Source of the DNA: an uncultured archaeon
Lineage (GTDB): Archaea > Iainarchaeota > Iainarchaeia > Iainarchaeales > DTGL01
Direction of reading: 5' to 3'
Assembly (NCBI GenBank): GCA_964551725.1
Contig: CAZKED010000011.1
Location: 1-33,607 of the forward strand
DNA length: 33,607 bases
Position numbers and translations under genes: made by a program. A model generated the notes under the pieces. It did not search any database. It saw nothing but the letters and a program-made list of their open reading frames with translations, and was not told the origin of the DNA. This document shows positions 7,716 to 17,195 of this stretch, one piece after another (position 1 is the first letter of the stretch; each line of letters opens with the position of its first letter).

Positions 7716-7936
7716 TTAATAGGATATTTTACTACCGAAAGGAATTTAAATAAAATTTAAAACCAAAACAGGCTAATTAAAAGAAATAAACCTGCTTTTT
7801 TCTTTTTTCTGGTTTATCCCGGTTTTTTGGTCTTTTTTTTGCAAAAAGTCCCTGTTTTTTACTCTTTATGGTTTATTTTTTTCTTCGTTTCCTTTTTGCA
7901 TGTGTCCAGGAAATTGTGTTTTTTGCCTGCCGCTTT

Positions 7937-8470
7937 TCACTTTTTCTCTATTTTGCTTATTGCCATTTGCAGCTCCTTTATCCTCTTGGCAAGGTTTCTT
8001 TTTCTCTTCTTGTTGTCAAGGTATTTCATTGTTGCCCCGCAGATAGGGCATTTGAACTGGTATTCTGCGGCAATTTCGAATGGAAATTCCTGGCACTTCT
8101 TTTTGCATGAGAAGAAAGAATAACTTTCTTCCTCTTCAAGCAGTCTTTCCAGTTTTTCTATCTCTTCTTTTTGTTCCTCCACCACGAGTTCAAGCACTCT
8201 GCCCGTGTTGATTGTCCATGTATATGAATACCACCCGGTCTTTTTGTTTTTTGTTTTGTGATAGTTGGCTATCCCTCTGTAATGGAGTCTGTTGAGGGTT
8301 GTTCTCACGTCGGTAACCTTAAGGTTAAGCTTGCCTGCCACGTCCTCGTCTTTCACAGGCGTGTTCTTTTTGCAGCAAGCTTTAATTAACTCTGCGGCAT
8401 TCTTTCCGGCTTTTTTTTCCAGAAAATCCTGCACCGGAGAGGTGAACAAGAGGTTGTTTTCCTTCCCCAT
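7937..8470 (-). CDS. tfe: Transcription factor E alpha
   Basis: wHTH (DEDVAGKLNLKVTDVRTTLNRL, GWYSYTW) plus zinc ribbon C..C...FKCPICG. Confidence 0.92.
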   Translation of the reverse strand: MGKENNLLFTSPVQDFLEKKAGKNAAELIKACCKKNTPVKDEDVAGKLNLKVTDVRTTLNRLHYRGIANYHKTKNKKTGWYSYTWTINTGRVLELVVEEQKEEIEKLERLLEEEESYSFFSCKKKCQEFPFEIAAEYQFKCPICGATMKYLDNKKRKRNLAKRIKELQMAISKIEKK

Positions 8471-8512
8471 TATACTACCCTAAACATTTTCTTCTTGAAA
8501 AGGATTAAAAAC

Positions 8513-9034
8513 TCAATTCCCTATCTTTCCTTTTTTCATTTTTTCAGCATTGATTTTTGCATTGGGGAAGATCCTTTCAAGTTCTTTTCCCCCGAAGTAC
8601 CTGTCCAAGAAAACCGTCAGTGCAGCGATTTCGCTGTGGGGTTGCCTCCCAACAGAAATATTTATGTCGCTTTCCAGATAAACGTCCGGTTCAACCTTTT
8701 GCGAGCCGATTATTACGCACACCTTGTCCCTTGCTTTTATTTCCTCCATAAATCTGTTCAGCGGTTCCCCGTACATTGTCAAATGAACAATCTTGAATCC
8801 CTTTCCCCTGAGCTTTTTAACCGCGTCCTTCCAGGATTCGGCAAATCCCACCTTGAATCTGCCGCCCCACTTTTCGGATATTTTTTCAATTCTGTCTTCC
8901 AGCCCGGGAAATGAACCCTCGATTATTATTTCTTTTGCTCCAAGCGCTCTTGCCACGAGACAGCAGTGCGTCGTAACCCTTGAATCCCGGACATACCTGT
9001 GTCCGTATCGTAACACCACCACTTCCTTTTCCAT
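8513..9034 (-). CDS. trm56: tRNA (cytidine56-2'-O)-methyltransferase
   Basis: VLRYGHRYVRDSRVTTH, VHLTMYG, QPHSEIAAL. Confidence 0.95.
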   Translation of the reverse strand: MEKEVVVLRYGHRYVRDSRVTTHCCLVARALGAKEIIIEGSFPGLEDRIEKISEKWGGRFKVGFAESWKDAVKKLRGKGFKIVHLTMYGEPLNRFMEEIKARDKVCVIIGSQKVEPDVYLESDINISVGRQPHSEIAALTVFLDRYFGGKELERIFPNAKINAEKMKKGKIGN

Positions 9035-9109
9035 ATGAATCTGTTAATGAATTAATCTTTTATTCTCCTCCCATTATACTTATTTATTGTTTTTTGTGAG
9101 CGTGTCCGA

Positions 9110-10393
9110 ATGATTGACATAAGAACTCTGAGGGAAAACCCTGAAAAGGTAAAGGAGGCAATGAAAAAAAGACTTGTTGACACGGACATTGGCGAGTTAA
9201 TAGCCCTTGACAAAAAATGGCGCTCCCTCAAGCGAGAGGAAGAGATGCTGAGAAAAAAGCGCAATGAAATTTCCCGGAGGGTGAATTCTGCAAAGGGCGC
9301 GGAGAGGCTGTCGCTCATCAGGGAAGCAAAAGTCATGCCCGGGAAGATAAAGAAATTCAAGTCCCAAAGGGAAAGCCTCGGAAAGAGGATAAAAAGCACT
9401 CTTGAATGCCTCCCCAATATAACCCATGAATCCGTTCCCCTGGGGGAAACGGAAGAAAAGGCAAAAATAGTCAGGCAATGGGGGAAGCTCCCAACATTTC
9501 CATTCAAGCCCAAAGCGCACTGGGAATTGGGTGAAGCCCTGGGCATTCTTGACCTTGAAAGAAGCGCCCTGATGGCTGGAAGCGGATATTACGTACTGAA
9601 GGGCATTGGGGCAAGACTTGAAAGGGCGCTCATCAACCTAATGCTAGATTTCCACGAAAAGCACGGCTTCACCGAAGTGGTTCCGCCTCTTTTGGTTCTG
9701 TCGGGGGCAATGTATGGCACATCACAACTGCCTAAATTTGAGGAAGACCTTTTCAAGACCTGTTCCGGTTCATACCTGATTCCGACAGCGGAGGTGCCCC
9801 TTGCCAACATGCACGCGGGGGAGACGCTTGAGGAAAAAAAGCTGCCGCTAAAATACTGCGCTTTCACTCCCTGCTTCAGAAAAGAGGCAGGCAAGCACGG
9901 CAAGGAAACGCGCGGCATATTCCGCCTGCACCAGTTTTCAAAGGTGGAAATGGTCGCCTTTACCACGCAGGAGCGCTCTTATGAAATGCTTGAAGAACTG
10001 CGCGGTTACGCCGAAAAGCTTCTCGAATTGTTGGAAGTTCCTTACAGGACGCGCATTCTCCCCTCCGGGGACATGAGTTTTGCATCCGCAAAAACCTATG
10101 ACATTGAATGTTATGCCGCGGCGCAAAACCGTTTTTTGGAGGTAAGTTCGGTGAGCAACTGCACTGATTTCCAGGCGCGCAGGATGCGCACAAAGTATAA
10201 CACAGGAAAGGAAACAAAGTTTGTTCACACCCTCAACGCTTCGGGTCTTGCCCTGCCGCGGCTGGTTATTTCCCTTCTTGAGAACAACCAGACCAAGGAG
10301 GGCACGGTGAAGGTTCCCAAAAAACTCCAGCCCCATTTGGGAATTAAGGAGATAAAGCAGTTTAGGGGAAGTGCACCCCCCAAGAGAATTTAA
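9110..10393 (+). CDS. serS: Seryl-tRNA synthetase
   Basis: LIPTAEVP, FRKEAG...RGIFRLHQFSKVE, EVSSVSNCTDFQARR, HTLNASGLA. Confidence 0.97.
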   Translation: MIDIRTLRENPEKVKEAMKKRLVDTDIGELIALDKKWRSLKREEEMLRKKRNEISRRVNSAKGAERLSLIREAKVMPGKIKKFKSQRESLGKRIKSTLECLPNITHESVPLGETEEKAKIVRQWGKLPTFPFKPKAHWELGEALGILDLERSALMAGSGYYVLKGIGARLERALINLMLDFHEKHGFTEVVPPLLVLSGAMYGTSQLPKFEEDLFKTCSGSYLIPTAEVPLANMHAGETLEEKKLPLKYCAFTPCFRKEAGKHGKETRGIFRLHQFSKVEMVAFTTQERSYEMLEELRGYAEKLLELLEVPYRTRILPSGDMSFASAKTYDIECYAAAQNRFLEVSSVSNCTDFQARRMRTKYNTGKETKFVHTLNASGLALPRLVISLLENNQTKEGTVKVPKKLQPHLGIKEIKQFRGSAPPKRI

Positions 10394-10415
10394 ATCCAGA
10401 AACAATTTTTTTTGC

Positions 10416-11089
10416 ATGTCGATTCCTATTAATGAGGAAACAGCCGAGTTCTTCGGGGCGCTAACTGGCGATGGTTGCATTTCTAAATATTGGAGTTCCA
10501 GCGAAAATTGTTGGCGTTATGAAGTGGTTTTTACGGGCGCTCTGGATGATTTTGATTATTATAAAGAGGTAATCCACCCCTGCTGCAAAAGAAATTTTAG
10601 CCTAGAAGGCAGGCTTTTTACACGCGGCGACAATTCGACCCGCTTTCACATAAAAAGTAAGAGACTTGCTTTAGAATTAAATGGCGTGGGGTTTCCAATC
10701 GGAAAAAAGCCAACTTCCTTATCAATCCCCCTGGTTTTCTTAGGGAGAAAGAAGCTGGCATCCTCTTTTCTTAGAGGGTTATTCAATACGGATGGAACCA
10801 TCTACCGGTTGTACAATAAGAAATACGCAAACCAAAAGAGAGTCTACTCTGACTATTTGGTAATTCAATTAAAAATGAGGGCAAAGCCAGTAGTGTATCA
10901 AACGAAAAAAATACTAAAGGGTTTTGGTATCCACACAGGCAAAATTCTAAGAGAGTCCCCTGAGAAGCACGTTTTGAGGATATGCTCTAGGAGGGGGTGT
11001 CGAGGTTTTTGAAGCATGTGGGGTTTTCCAATGAGCACCACCTTAGAAGAATTGCACTTCTGACGGCGGGGCTAGTGATGTTTTTTTAA
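10416..11089 (+). pseudogene. Double-motif (DOD-type) LAGLIDADG endonuclease with a frameshift near 10990
   Basis: AEFFGALTGDGCI and FLRGLFNTDGTI motifs; the expected tail VSRFLKHVGFSNEHHLRRI is in the -1 frame, ending TAA 11087-11089. Confidence 0.75.
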
Positions 11090-11115
11090 ACCAATGGGCT
11101 TAACTTTATTTAGAA

Positions 11116-11255
11116 GGGCCCGTAGCTCAGTCGGCAGAGCACTGGACTTGTTATTTTGACTTGTTGTTAAACGAATCAAAAGGCGAGGGTGAAGCTTTTA
11201 CGCTCGATTGAGTGGAGAAACCCAGGTGTCGCGGGTTCGAATCCCGCCGGGCTCA
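11116..11255 (+). tRNA. tRNA-Lys(UUU) with two introns (11146-11193 at position 30/31; 11201-11219 at 37/38)
   Basis: Removing both introns gives a perfect CTGGG/CCCAG stem and CTTTTAA loop; each intron has a bulge-helix-bulge motif. Confidence 0.9.
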
Positions 11256-11364
11256 TTCCCGCCCTTTTCTTTCTTTTTGAAGAAAGAGAACCGCAGGTTG
11301 CGGAAAAGAAAGAAAAATGGCATTCAATATCTTTAAATTCCCTAAGTGCAACAATTATTTCAGC

Positions 11365-11438
11365 GGGTCGGTAGCTCAGTCTGGGAGAGCAATAGGCTGA
11401 AGACCTATGTGTCGCGAGTTCAAATCTCGCCCGACCCA
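11365..11438 (+). tRNA. tRNA-Phe(GAA)
   Basis: GGGTCGG/CCGACCC acceptor stem; ATAGG-CTGAAGA-CCTAT anticodon arm. Confidence 0.96.
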
Positions 11439-11465
11439 CTCTTGTTTTCCTGCGCCTACTGTGTG

Positions 11466-12206
11466 CTACAAATTAGCCATTTCTTCCTCTATTTTGTGCA
11501 CCACGAGTCCCTTGTCGCTTATTTCCAAGGGATGCAGGTCTTCTGAGTGTTTTGTTCCGCGCAGTTTTCTTATGTGCAGGGTCCGGTTGCTCTGGCTTCC
11601 CACGCTTATGTAGTGCATTATTATCACTCCGTCCACCAGGTATTCTTCGACACCGTACTTGCTGAACTTGTTGCTGCCTTCTTCTATTTCGGAGATAAGC
11701 AGTGAGGTGACGCCGCTTTTCTGGAGCAGATAGCTTGTTTTGAGCATTGCCTTTCTAACTTCATGCTCGTCCTTGAGTTCCAGCCCAAGGGCGGGCAGCG
11801 AATCGATTACAACGCGCTTCGCCCCGTACCTCTTGATTGACCCAAGTATTTCCAAAAGGAGTTTTTCTATGTCGAAGCCGGTTGTGGGCAGGGAGAATTC
11901 TTCCTCCGAGGGTATGCCGATTCTTGCCTGTGTTCCGTCGATTATTTGGAGCATGTTTGCCTGCTCGACCCTGCGCAAATCCCACCCGAAATTGAGGCAG
12001 TCCTCCCTTATGAGGTTGGGTCTTTCGTCAAGCGTTACATAAATGCCCGGCTCGCCGTACTGCACTGCCCCGAAATAAACGAATTGCATTCCAAAAGTCG
12101 TTTTTCCTGTTCCGCAGCCCCCGCTCACCAGTATGGCTCTGCCCCGCGGAAGCCCGCCCTGAATCAATTCGTCAAGCCCATAAATTCCAGTTTTAACCCT
12201 TTCCAT
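11466..12206 (-). CDS. KaiC/RAD55-like single-domain ATPase
   Basis: KTGIYGLDELIQGGLP, GGCGTGKT, RVVIDS, EEYLVDGVI, IRKLRGTKHS. Confidence 0.92.
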   Translation of the reverse strand: MERVKTGIYGLDELIQGGLPRGRAILVSGGCGTGKTTFGMQFVYFGAVQYGEPGIYVTLDERPNLIREDCLNFGWDLRRVEQANMLQIIDGTQARIGIPSEEEFSLPTTGFDIEKLLLEILGSIKRYGAKRVVIDSLPALGLELKDEHEVRKAMLKTSYLLQKSGVTSLLISEIEEGSNKFSKYGVEEYLVDGVIIMHYISVGSQSNRTLHIRKLRGTKHSEDLHPLEISDKGLVVHKIEEEMANL

Positions 12207-12255
12207 TTTAATTCACCGCACCATAATTAGGCGCTTTTCCTTAATATATTTTTTG

Positions 12256-14118
12256 CTATGCCCTCTCGACCTCAAACACTGATGGAATGCCCTTCATTCT
12301 TTCAAGCAACGCATCCAGTTTTTCCACATCCTTTACGTTCAGTTCGAAAACACAGTGAGTAACGTTCTTTGACTCGCCCTTTGCCTCTGTCTTGTTGACT
12401 GGTATGCGGCTCTTCTCAAGTTCTCTGAGTAAGTCCATGAGCAAACCGGCTCTTTCGATTGCTTTTACCTTTATCCTCGCTGAATATTTTTTCTCGCTTC
12501 CCGGCGCCCAGACCACTTTCACTTTTTTTTCAGAGGGAAGTCTCTTGAGGAACGGGCAGTTTTCCCTGTGAACGCTTATTTTCCTTTTTGCTGTTCTAAA
12601 GCCGAGTATCTCGTCTCCCGCGACCGGATTGCAGCATTTTGCCATTGTCACTTTTTCTGAGTCTGTTGAAATCGCTCCGCGTTTCCTTTGTGTTTTCCCT
12701 GATTTCCTTGGGGCAAGCCTTATCCCCAAAATTTTTTTTATTCTGTCTTTTGCCTTGCTTGTTTTCACGAAATTCAGCCACTGTCTTTTAACCGATTTCC
12801 TGCTTCCGGTAATTATTTGGACCGTGTCCCCGTTTTTGAGTTCGAAGTGCAGCGGCACAATTTTGCCGTTGACCGTTGCTCTTTCGCACTTTTCTCCCAG
12901 ATCGCTGTGAATCATGAAAGCAAAATCTACGGGCGTTGCATGTTCAGGCAAAACAATGACATCCCTTTTGGGCGTGAGGACAAAAAGGTGCTTCTGTTCC
13001 AGTTCTGCCTTAAGCGATTTCATGAGGTTCCTCTTGCCCTTTAAGGCGCGCTGCCATTCCACCAGCTGCTTTGCCCAGCTCAGCTTTCTGTCAAAGTGCA
13101 TGTCTTTTTCCATTTCCTTGTATTTCCAGTGCGCTGCCAGTCCTTCTTCCGCGTTCCTGTGCATTTCCACCGTGCGTATTTGCACTTCCACTGGCTGTTT
13201 TTTCCACTTTACAACCGCGTGGATTGACCTGTAGCCGTTGGGCTTCGGGTTTGCAATGTAGTCCTCAAATTTTCCCAGCGGTTCATAACGCGCGTAAATT
13301 AGCCCCAGTGCCCTGTAGCAGTCGGTTATTGAGTTGCATATTGCCCGCACTCCCAGAAGGTCGTGTATTTCCTCGAATTTTTTTCCCCTGCGCATTTTTT
13401 TGAATATTCCGTAAAAGCTTTTCGCCCTGCCGTAAACCTCCGCATAAATTTTCTCGCCTTTGAGCATTTCCCCCATCTCTGAAGCGATCCTTTCCACTTT
13501 TTTCTCTCTCGCAATTCTCTTTTCCTTTACCCTTCTCTTTATTGAATAATACTCCTTTGAGTGCAGTGCTTTGAAAGAGAGGTCGGTTAGTTCCCATTCC
13601 ATTTCATACAACCCGAGCTTATGGCATATGGGCGCGTAAATTTCGAGTATGAGCCTTGCGAACCTTTTTCTCTCCGAGCGCTTTTTTTTGCCCGCAAACC
13701 TCGCTTTGTCTAACTGGGAGGACATTTCAACAAAGAGGCTCCTGATGTCCTTTGATACGCCGAGGATTATCTGCCTGAGCATTTTGGGGTCCATTTTTTC
13801 GGCATTCTTCTTTTTTATTTCCTTGAGTGTTGCGGTCTCTCTCACGATTTCGCTTATTTCCGCGCCGAGCGCTTTCCTTATTTCTTCCTCTTCCGCGCTT
13901 TTCTCATAAATTGCTTCGTGCAGCATTCCCGCTGCAACGGATTCAATGTCGAGTTCTAGTTCGGCTAGAATGAATGCAGTGTTCAGTTCGTGCTGCACCG
14001 TGCTTTTCCTCTGCCCCTTCATGAGTTCGAATGCTTTCTCGAGCAGTTTTCTTTCCTTCTCGCTTGCCCATGAAGCTTTTTTCTTCAGTTGCTTGAAGGA
14101 GGTGTTTTTGTACTCCAT
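12256..14118 (-). CDS. Long RelA/SpoT homolog (degenerate HD, synthetase, TGS, zinc finger, ACT)
   Basis: GRAKSFYGI, DLLGVR, PKPNGYRSIH, EVQIRT, AAHWKYKE; TGS ATPVDFAFMIHS; AKCCNPVAGD...HRENC; C-terminal ACT. Confidence 0.93.
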   Translation of the reverse strand: MEYKNTSFKQLKKKASWASEKERKLLEKAFELMKGQRKSTVQHELNTAFILAELELDIESVAAGMLHEAIYEKSAEEEEIRKALGAEISEIVRETATLKEIKKKNAEKMDPKMLRQIILGVSKDIRSLFVEMSSQLDKARFAGKKKRSERKRFARLILEIYAPICHKLGLYEMEWELTDLSFKALHSKEYYSIKRRVKEKRIAREKKVERIASEMGEMLKGEKIYAEVYGRAKSFYGIFKKMRRGKKFEEIHDLLGVRAICNSITDCYRALGLIYARYEPLGKFEDYIANPKPNGYRSIHAVVKWKKQPVEVQIRTVEMHRNAEEGLAAHWKYKEMEKDMHFDRKLSWAKQLVEWQRALKGKRNLMKSLKAELEQKHLFVLTPKRDVIVLPEHATPVDFAFMIHSDLGEKCERATVNGKIVPLHFELKNGDTVQIITGSRKSVKRQWLNFVKTSKAKDRIKKILGIRLAPRKSGKTQRKRGAISTDSEKVTMAKCCNPVAGDEILGFRTAKRKISVHRENCPFLKRLPSEKKVKVVWAPGSEKKYSARIKVKAIERAGLLMDLLRELEKSRIPVNKTEAKGESKNVTHCVFELNVKDVEKLDALLERMKGIPSVFEVERA

Positions 14119-14223
14119 TGCAATGCCCCACTATTCCTGTGCCCGAATGTTCCTTTAAATTTTGCTCACTCCGCGGCGGCAATATTTATTTCAATTTTTC
14201 CCCTTTTCTTTAGAAGTGGTTTA

Positions 14224-15765
14224 ATGGGACCTCTTTTTAATTTCCCGCATTTCGTGTTTCTCGCTCTTCTTGTCAATTTTTCCCTTTTGCTCCTGTCGCT
14301 TTTTTTTTGCCGTGACAAAATAAAATCCTTTTTTTCGGGGGTTTCAGGGAAGACATGGCTTTTCCTTCTTGCGGTTTTCCTTTTGGCTTTCTGCCTGCGG
14401 TTTGTCTTTCCTACTTTTCACTTATATTACACCGACGGGCTCTGGAACATTGAGGTCGCAAACAACATGCTGACCAGGGGCAGCGCGGAAACATGCCGTT
14501 ATTTACCCGATGCCGGAATGACGTGCGTTCAATACGGAAAGCCCGCGGCAATACAGCTTGTTTATGCCTTTTCCTTCCTTTTCCTGGGCTCGGGCGCAAA
14601 CTCGGTTTTTTACTCTAATCTTTTTTTTGGTTCCCTGCTGGTCTTCGCTGTTTTCTCTGTTTCTTACGCTCTTTCCAAGAGCGGGAAAGCAGCCCTTTTC
14701 TCCGCTTTTTTGGTTTCATTAATGCCGCTTTTTGTATCGCATTCCAATTACCTGGATAACGATATTCCCTCTGTTTTTTTCATCCTGCTGGCGCTTTTCT
14801 GTCTTTTTCTCTTTTTCAAGGAAAAGAACAGGGAAACCCAGTTCCTTGCGGTTGTTGCCCTTGTTTTTGCCCTGCAGACAAAGTGGTTTTCCGTTATTCT
14901 CCTTGCCCTGCTTCCCCTTGCAGCATACTTTTACTGGAAGCCCAGAAGGGTTTACTTTTTCCCGGCTCTTTTTTTGGTCCTCTTCCTTGTGCCGATTGCT
15001 GTCCAGAACCTGAATTACATTGACCTTGTCCAGAGCTGGTCTCTTGAAAACTTGGGCACCGGCATTGTCAGTGCCGATTTTTTTTCCTACAACTCGGGAT
15101 TGTGCGCCGAGGTTTTTTACGAAAACGTTCCATTCTATGCATATCTGATGGGCTTGTTTGGCGTGCTTTATTTTCTGTCCAGGGGGGGACGCAAAAAAGC
15201 CGTCTTTCTCTTTTTTTGGATTTTGTGCTCAGTTGCAATTCCCTTTCTTTACGAAATAACCCCCCGCATGCTTTTGATGTTTTTAGTTTCCTTTTCCGTC
15301 CTCGCGGGAGGGGGTTTTTGCTTTTTGCATGATTTTTTGAAAAGAAAATCTGCTTTTTATGGTTCGCTTTTTGCCCTCCTCTCTGTTTTGATTGTTGCGT
15401 CCTCCTTTTATTTTCCCCTACTGCAGGAATTCTCTTCCACGAATTACTTGTCTGAGGAGAGGATGGGCATTGTTCAAACTCCAATTCTCGGCAGGCTGGG
15501 AGAGGATTTCCCCAAGGACTGCCTTCTTCTGGCAACCGGTCCGGAAGCATTTTCCTTTGCCGGAATAGAATCAGCGTATTTTCCAAGCGGGGGATGCCGG
15601 ACAATTGGGGTTTTGTTGGATGAAAGGGAATGCGTTATTGTTTACAGGGAACCCTATGAGGATGCGATTTCCTGTGAAAGCCACGGTATTTTTTCCGAAG
15701 AGGAATTGGTTTATTTCTTCAGGGGAAAAACATTTGTTTTCCTCAGGATGCGTAAAGCGGCTTGA
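14224..15765 (+). CDS. Multi-pass membrane glycosyltransferase, GT-C (ArnT/PMT-like)
   Basis: Many hydrophobic segments, LRF...YYTD loop, YGKP, DIPSVFF; start placed at ATG 14224 to avoid overlap with the RSH gene. Confidence 0.7.
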   Translation: MGPLFNFPHFVFLALLVNFSLLLLSLFFCRDKIKSFFSGVSGKTWLFLLAVFLLAFCLRFVFPTFHLYYTDGLWNIEVANNMLTRGSAETCRYLPDAGMTCVQYGKPAAIQLVYAFSFLFLGSGANSVFYSNLFFGSLLVFAVFSVSYALSKSGKAALFSAFLVSLMPLFVSHSNYLDNDIPSVFFILLALFCLFLFFKEKNRETQFLAVVALVFALQTKWFSVILLALLPLAAYFYWKPRRVYFFPALFLVLFLVPIAVQNLNYIDLVQSWSLENLGTGIVSADFFSYNSGLCAEVFYENVPFYAYLMGLFGVLYFLSRGGRKKAVFLFFWILCSVAIPFLYEITPRMLLMFLVSFSVLAGGGFCFLHDFLKRKSAFYGSLFALLSVLIVASSFYFPLLQEFSSTNYLSEERMGIVQTPILGRLGEDFPKDCLLLATGPEAFSFAGIESAYFPSGGCRTIGVLLDERECVIVYREPYEDAISCESHGIFSEEELVYFFRGKTFVFLRMRKAA

Positions 15766-15844
15766 GTTCCCTTGCCCGAGGCATATTTATTTCAATGTTT
15801 TTGTCTCATTAGTTTACTGCCCTTCTGGTTAAGGGGGTCACTTT

Positions 15845-16519
15845 ATGGAAACGCCAGTGCTCTTTATAAATTTCAAGACATATGAAGAGGGAACAGGGGA
15901 AAACGCCCTTGCCCTGGCAAGAACCGCGGAAAAAGCCGCAAGGGAAAAAAATGCCGCGGTATGCCTTGTGGTCCAAGCGGCGGACATCCGCTTGATTGCC
16001 GAAAGCGTTTCACTGCCTGTTTTCGCCCAGCATTTGGATCCAATAGAATTCGGCTCTCACACAGGACACATTCTTCCCGAATCAGTAAAAGCCGCGGGCG
16101 CTTCCGGCACGGTATTGAATCACGCGGAAAACAAGCGCGAAAACGGTTTTTTGCAGAAAGCAATCTCGCGCGCCATTGCAGCGGGCTTGAAAGTGATGGT
16201 CTGCGCTGAAAACGCGCAGTGCGCAAAGGAAATTGCTTCCTTTCCCTCAAAACCGGATTTTATTGCAGTCGAGCCCCCCGAACTGATCGGCGGAAATGTT
16301 TCAGTTTCAACCGCCCGCCCGGAGATGATTTCCGATTCCGTCAGGGAAATACGCTCAATTGCCCCAATCCCTGTCATCACGGGTGCGGGAGTAAAGGGCA
16401 CCGAGGACGTGCGCAAGGCAATAGAGCTGGGAACAGCCGGGGTGTTTGTTGCTTCAGGCGTTGTGAAAGCCGGGGACAAAGAAAAAGCAATTCTTTCCCT
16501 TCTGGCGGGATTTGAGTGA
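15845..16519 (+). CDS. tpiA: Triosephosphate isomerase, archaeal type
   Basis: INFKTY, AQH, GSHTG, NHAE, AVEPPELIG, GVFVASGV. Confidence 0.96.
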   Translation: METPVLFINFKTYEEGTGENALALARTAEKAAREKNAAVCLVVQAADIRLIAESVSLPVFAQHLDPIEFGSHTGHILPESVKAAGASGTVLNHAENKRENGFLQKAISRAIAAGLKVMVCAENAQCAKEIASFPSKPDFIAVEPPELIGGNVSVSTARPEMISDSVREIRSIAPIPVITGAGVKGTEDVRKAIELGTAGVFVASGVVKAGDKEKAILSLLAGFE

Positions 16520-16871
16520 TGTTATGCATTTTGACAGCGAAAGAATACGGGTGGTGAACGCTCCGGGATTTGATTCTTTCGAGCGCTCCAAGGCGGAAAA
16601 AGCAGTACTGAACGCTTTTGATAAAATTTCTCTTCTTATCCAGGGAGATTTTGAACTAATAGTACATTTCAAGCAATACGAGAAACAGGGTAAAAGAAAA
16701 AAGTTTGCAGTAAATGCACGAATTGCGACAATCGGCCATTCCCTGCAGGCAGAGCACGTTGAATGGAACGCTCTTTCCGCGCTCCAGCAAGCCCTGAAAG
16801 CGCTTGAAAGGGAAGTCAGGAGAAAGCTCTCAAGGCACAGGGAAAAACCAGAAAAGCACGTGCAGCAGTGA
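16512..16871 (+). CDS. HPF/RaiA-fold ribosome-associated protein (probable)
   Basis: LIVHFKQY...KFAVNARI...QAEHVEWNALSALQQALKALEREVRR matches the HPF beta-beta-beta-alpha pattern. Confidence 0.6.
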   Translation: MSDVMHFDSERIRVVNAPGFDSFERSKAEKAVLNAFDKISLLIQGDFELIVHFKQYEKQGKRKKFAVNARIATIGHSLQAEHVEWNALSALQQALKALEREVRRKLSRHREKPEKHVQQ

Positions 16872-16878
16872 AAAGTGT

Positions 16879-17146
16879 GGGCGCGCCCAGGAATCGATTT
16901 TTTCGGCAGGAACGGAGTTGTTCCATTACAATGCTTGTTTCCGCGACCCCCAAAGCATTTCCCCTAAAAGCCACCGTTGCTTTCTTCCGAACCTGGCGGG
17001 GTTCACTCTTAAAAGAAACCTATGAGGACAGAAACTCATTGCGTTGCAATGGCTCAGCCCTGCCTACAAAACCTCTCCCAGGGCTTCGGTTCCGGCATAA
17101 AGCGGATTTCCGGCAACAGGGAACCGCTGTCTCCCCAACCTAGCCC
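16879..17146 (-). ncRNA. ffs: Archaeal SRP (7S) RNA
   Basis: Helix 8 motif CCAGGTTCGGAAGAAAGCAACGG; 5' Alu-like hairpins with complementary GCGG/CCGC loops; 5' and 3' ends pair. Confidence 0.9.
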
Positions 17147-17195
17147 ACAAGTAATTTATGCATTTGAGTATTTTTAAGGGTTTTGCTTTTTTAGC

